Notes under the pieces: generated by a model
Databases searched by the model: none
What the model was told of the DNA's origin: nothing
What the model saw: the letters and a program-made list of their open reading frames with translations, nothing else
In this document: positions 58,782-64,000 of the stretch, piece by piece
Layout of the letters: each line of letters begins with the position of its first letter
Numbering within the stretch: position 1 is the stretch's first letter
Source: Prorocentrum cordatum
Lineage: Eukaryota
Reading direction: 5' to 3'
DNA: 64,000 nt
Assembly (NCBI GenBank): GCA_963575745.1
Contig: CAUYUJ010000115.1
Span: 496,001 to 560,000, forward strand
Made by a program: the position numbers and the translations under genes

Positions 58782-59950
58782 ATGCGAGATACGCGGTTGT
58801 GAGCCGCTCGGCGAGTGGGAGCAGTTGCCACCCGCCGTTCTGACGCCTCTTCTCCTTCTCCAGCTGCCTGGGCCACCTGGGCCCTGGCTCGCCTCCCGGG
58901 CCTCTGGCCTTCGCCTGGTGGTGACGGGGTTGGGGACGTCGACGCCGCTAGTGGGTGGCTGCCGCGATGCAGAAACATGTCCCAACTCTCAGGAGGGAAA
59001 AAAACACACAGACACAATTAATCGTCGATTCCCCAGAAATCTGGGACAATATCGGAAGTGAGGGGGAAGACAAGTACCCAGAAAATATGGGAAAAGAGGG
59101 GGATTCCTGTTATTTGTGTGTGTATCTATTTGTGTGTCCCAGGGCCCCTTCAGACTCTCGTCGTCGTACCGTCGTCGTGATCGTTGCGAAGGTGGTCGTC
59201 GTCCTCGTCGTCGCCGCCGTCACCGCCGCGGTCGCAGGCGTTGTGCCGCCGACGACGACGTCCAGACCTCCTCCCGCGTCGTCAACAGCCTCACGACGCC
59301 CGAGGGCGCCTCGCGGGGGCCCCCCTCCAAGAGAAGTCCAGAGGCCCCTCAGACCCCCGATCTCCGTACCTCGACACTTGAGGACGACTGCCGCGCCGTC
59401 CTCGATGCGGCCGTGAGATCTGACGTCGCAGAACAAAACAACACCAGAAAAAACTTCAGCCGGAGTCTTGGACCCAATCTTTCTGCGGCATGTTTCGACC
59501 CGGATCCTTCTGCGAGGTCCCCTGGGCCCGAAGGGAGGCACATTCGCCTGTCGTGAAGAGAGTCGACGCCAGTCCGCCCGAGGGGGGATGGGCGAGGGCC
59601 TTGGTCGAGGGTCTGGTATACAACATTCCCTCACTGGGCCGCGGTCTCCACATACTAAGACGTGGCCGCAGGCGGTGGAATCTGACTGGAGCGGGTCTGC
59701 TGTGGTACGCTAGGTTCATGCGGCGTTGGTGCGCCAGCGAAGCCGGCGAAGTCGTTCAAGGCGAAGCACTGAGGGGCACGGTGACGCCACAGGACTCGAC
59801 GAAATTCAACTTTGGACGATCGGGGCCGCGATCGATTCAAGGTGGAACGGTCGTCGCGGTGTCGAAAACCTCTGCGAGCGCCGCCGCCGCCCGAACCTAC
59901 CTTACTCAAGGGCCGCCGCCGCCGTCCTTCTCGTCCTCGTCGCTCTCGCC

Positions 59951-60011
<61 letters not shown>

Positions 60012-61180
60012 TTATCGTCATCGGCGTTGTCGCCGTCATCGTCGTCGCCTTCGGTCGTCGTCGCCGCCGCCGCCGCGACGCCGCCGCACCTCGCTGTGAG
60101 GCCGAGGCGGCGCCGCCGCCCTGCCGCGCTGCCGGAGGGGCGGCGGCCGGTCGCCAGGCGCGCGCCCGCGCGGGCAGGGCGAGCGGCGAGGAGCCCCGCG
60201 GGCGTCAGCCAGACGCGAGAGTGTCCCTTCGCCAGAGTGGTCTTTGGTGCGGGCTCACATCGGGAGCCTTGAGACGGGGATCCGTGCAAACGGGGGTCAG
60301 CCAGAGCGCCCGATCTTGCAGGATCCTGCAGGGCCAGGGTCGCATTGACCCGGGTTTGGGCGCAGAATCCTGCAGGATTTGCAGGATCCTTCGCATTGGC
60401 CCGGGTTCGGGTGCAGGATCTTGCAGGATTCTGCGATGCCTGACTGACCCGGGTTTGGATTGACCCGGGTCAGAAGACCCCCGATCGCAGGGCCCCCCCC
60501 ATCCCAGCACGGGCCTGCGCGCTTGAATTTGGCCTCTCCGCGGCCCCCCAAAGCCGCGCACGACAGGTCGCCCTTGTCCAGGGTCACTCCCGCGTGTCGT
60601 CGGGGGCGGCCTGCCAGCCGTGGTCGTCGGCGTCGGCGTCGGCGTCGTCGTCGTCCCCCGTGGGAGGCCAGCGGCCCGCTGCCCTGCCGCGCCCAGCTGC
60701 CGCTCGATCGACTACATAATCGACTGACACCAATATTGATAGGACGAGAAGGAGGAGGAGGAGGAGGAGGAGGAGGAGGAGGAGGAGGAGAAGATATAGG
60801 ATGTGACATAGGAGGAGAAATAGGAGGAGGAACAGGAAGAGGAGGAGGAGGAGGAGGAAGAGGAGAAGGAGGGGATGTTTCCTTCCGACATCCGTCGCAT
60901 GTGTTGATGTGTACGGGAAATCGTGGGTACAGAGACCGTCAGCAGTTCCTGTTCGTTCTGAACCAGACTCGATGTCGGGGTCGCCGAGGACGTGGTCCAC
61001 TGGAGACGGGATGCCGCCTGCCCAACAGCGGCCGCTGACGGTTTTGGACAACGGCTGCTGTTGGGCATCGTGCGCATGCTTCCCGTACCCTTTCCAGGCA
61101 GGGTCCAGGGGCAGCGGCAGGGCGCGTGGTTGGCGGGACGGGGTTTTTGCGTTGACCGCCTGCGTGATTGGCCAACCTCC

Positions 61181-61384
61181 AGGCATTCCTGTTGGGGTCC
61201 GAGTAGATGGTCGGAGGATCGCGCCGCATCGCCGATGCATCAGCGATGCGGCTCGATGCGGAACCAGATTTTGGCCACGCCGACGGCGGCGATGTATCGT
61301 CGACGTCAGAAATGCGTCGCCGATGCATTGGCGATGCGGCGCGATCCTGCGACGCCATCTGTTCGGACCCCATTTAGGAGGCCT
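61181..61384. mobile_element. MITE family D, copy 3
   Basis: GGGGTCCGAGTAGATGG ... CCATCTGTTCGGACCCCATTTAGGAGGCCT with CGATGCATC cores. Confidence 0.75.
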
Positions 61385-61689
61385 CTAAGAGGGCAGCGGC
61401 GGGGTGGGTAGTTGGCGGGGCAGGGGTTATTACGTGGACCGTTTGCATAACAGACCAATCACCATCTGCATACCAGATGGTGATTAAGCCTGTTTGGATA
61501 GTATCTGACTGCGCAAGCACATCGCAGTACCACCATCGCACTGACCATCAAGTTGCTCATTCCTAGTCCGGGGTTTCTGTATCGTCCCGGCTGGCCGCTG
61601 GAGACGTGGAGTCACGACCTGAAAAACGTTCGGGTCGGGGGCAACACCGGGGGGCATAATTTCAGGGGGTCGCGTCCTTTAAGGTCCAG

Positions 61690-61873
61690 TACTCCAGATT
61701 TCGTACTACAGGGAGGGGGGTCTCATTTCGGGGGGGGGGCTCTTCCAGGCCATCTTAAAGGGCCTGGGGGGGTCTGGGGACGATGTTTTGGAGGGTTCTC
61801 CCACGGGGGAGGTCTGAAATGGCTTGTCTTGGAGGGTCCAGACCCCCTCCCTTTTATTACGAAATCTGGAGTA
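61690..61873. mobile_element. Tc1/mariner-type MITE (TA TSD)
   Basis: TACTCCAGATTTCGTA...AGGGAGGGGG ... CCCCCTCCCTTTTATTACGAAATCTGGAGTA. Confidence 0.85.
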
Positions 61874-62642
61874 CGTGCCCCTCCCAAAACGGTTTTTTGT
61901 TCAGTGCGTCGCCCATGCGCCCGCCCTTGTTTGCGTCTTTGTCCCTAGTCGCAGCCTCTCAGAGTGCACGGTCGGCATATGGCGCGACTTCCGGATTTTG
62001 CTGGCGACATTTTGGTTTCCGACATTGGTGCAGCAGCCGCCAGTTTTTTGCAGCCGGTGCGCGCTAAAATTCATTCGCCAGTGCGTCGTTACCAGGCACG
62101 CCAACCGTAGCCGAGGACGCGGACGTGTCGCGTTGATCGGAGGTTGTGCGCGTCGTGCCGTGAAGGTGGTCACTTCGAATCTCGCGACATAGTGAAATGC
62201 CGAACCGCCGCATCTCGCCCCGACCCTTCCATGTCGTTTCGCGCCACTCCTTCTACCCTTCTCCTTTGTCCTTCCTCACCCCCCCGCCGAACGCATTTTT
62301 TTGACCCCGCGTGATGCATGATACGTCGCCTTTTCGGCAGGCTTCCGTGCTCACCCCTCTTTGTTTCCCCCCCCCTTGTCCTTCCACAATCCTGAAATGT
62401 CTCCCTCGCCCTCCTCGCTCCCGCCGCCTCCCTTCAATCGCCTCCGGCTCCCGCCGCCGCTCCGCCCCCCCCCCCCCCCCCCCGCCGTATGCCCATATTT
62501 CCCCCCTCCGATCCATTCCCCCCCCCCCTTCAACCCCCCCGCGTCTGTTCCCTCAATGCATCGACGGGCGAGACGTCGCCACGTCGCCAAGTTGCTATAC
62601 TGATGAGTCCATGCTCAAATGATGTTTCGCTGTGCGCTTCCA

Positions 62643-62683
62643 GTTGTTGTTGCTGTTGCTGTCGCTGTCGCTGTCGTTGTTGC

Positions 62684-62734
<51 letters not shown>
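62643..62734. repeat. (GTT)n microsatellite
   Basis: Direct reading; followed by a degenerate GCGCGACGCAC minisatellite at ~62900-63100. Confidence 0.92.
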
Positions 62735-62735
<1 letters not shown>

Positions 62736-64000
62736 CCTTCCGCGCGCGGTGCAATTCCATGTCGTCTGTCAGTCTCCTCGTGCTCGTATTTCGCGCGTGC
62801 GTGCTTCCCTCGTTCTGCGGTTGCCGCGGGCATCTTTGAGTTGCTTCGCCAGTGTGCCGTGCAGCTGACATGCCATTCCGAGGCTCGCAGCGCCTTTCGA
62901 GCGATTCGCGCGCGACCTGCGCGCGACGCACAAACGAACCGAGCGACGCACGCGCGACACACGCGCGACGCACGCGCAACGCGTGCGCGGCGCACCCCGA
63001 CCCGCGCACGAAGCACCACCGAGGACGCGCGGCGCACAAGCGACACGCGCCACGCACGCGCGACGCACGCGCCGCGACGCACGCGCCGCGACGCACTCTC
63101 GCAGTGCGCAGTGGCCGTCGGCGCGCCGTGCTTGCGCTTTGCGCTGTCTTCCTTTGCGCCGGGAGAGACGGTGCCCTACCCCTGTTCCCCTCTCTCCTTC
63201 CTCGTCCCCTTTTTGTTTCGTCCTCTCTCCTCCTCCCCATCCCTCCTCATCCCCTTCTCCTCCTCATTTTCCTCCTCCCCCTTCCTCTCGCCCAGCCTCC
63301 TCTTCCGTCTTTCCTCATTTCCCCTCGTTGTCCTCTCTCCCCCGTCATTGTCCTCGGTTCTCCTTGTCGGGCCGCGAACGAAACCCCCGCATTCAGCGAA
63401 GGGTCAGTGAGGAGGAAGAGGAGGAGGAGGAGGAGGAGGAGGAGGAGGAGGAGGAGGAGGAGGATTAATCTTACGAGGAGAAATGGAGGAGGGGCAGGGG
63501 CCCGAGGCGAATGCAGCACCAGAGGCGGCCTGGCATGGGAACAGGAGGGAAGGGTGACAGGACTGGAGGGCGGGGGCAGTTGTAGTTGTCGTGTTGGTGA
63601 TCGTGATCATTGTCGTGGTGGTCGCGCCGGTCGTGATGTTGGTTGTCGCGTTGGTGGAGGGCGGGCTGGTGGTGGTCACGTTGGTAATCGTGCTGGTGGC
63701 GGTCGTGGTGGCGGCGGCGGTTTCTGGTCGCGGTAGTTGGTGGTGGTCGTAACCGTCGCGGTGGTCGCGGTAGTGGTCGCGATCTCTGGTGATGATCGTG
63801 GCGGCGGTCGTCATGGTGCTGGCAAATATCAAGGGGTGAAAATGGGACATTGACACGATGACGCGTCCATTCGCAGGAAAGTGATGGAACATTGAGAAGT
63901 ATAGGGGAACACGTAAGTCCAGGAACTATGAACATGTATAAGGAGTCTTAGAATAACTATGTGCATACTTTTGTGAGTGCGTCTCCCTGGGCGCTTTAAA

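Noticed and set aside
62600..62630. Hammerhead ribozyme core CTGATGAGTCC
   Set aside because: No matching GGAC-GAAA half or supporting stems are visible nearby.

Overview
GC-rich, repeat-dominated eukaryotic nuclear DNA, almost certainly from a dinoflagellate. Evidence: an exact 22-nt dinoflagellate spliced leader (SL) at 45352-45373, introns with GC/GA/GT donors, and tiny exons. Contents: a 77-bp satellite (57-1588); a partially reconstructable multi-exon RRM-like gene (2838-7598) whose introns are built from MITEs; probable scattered micro-exons of a second large + strand gene; several degenerate non-LTR retrotransposons (LINEs); a CACTA/CMC-like transposase relic; many MITE families, some nested; and long (CCT/GAG)n, (GAT/CAT)n and (GTC)n tracts. 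The main observation is two structurally different, apparently full-length LINEs (34939-42390, APE-RT-RNase H; 45352-50428, L1/Tx1-like APE-RT-CCHC). Each starts exactly at a spliced leader fused to a (CCT)n tract and ends in (CCT)n rather than poly(A), suggesting SL-trans-spliced, microsatellite-associated retrotransposons. Most long ORFs in the six-frame track are low-complexity artefacts. All calls are by eye; no searches were run.
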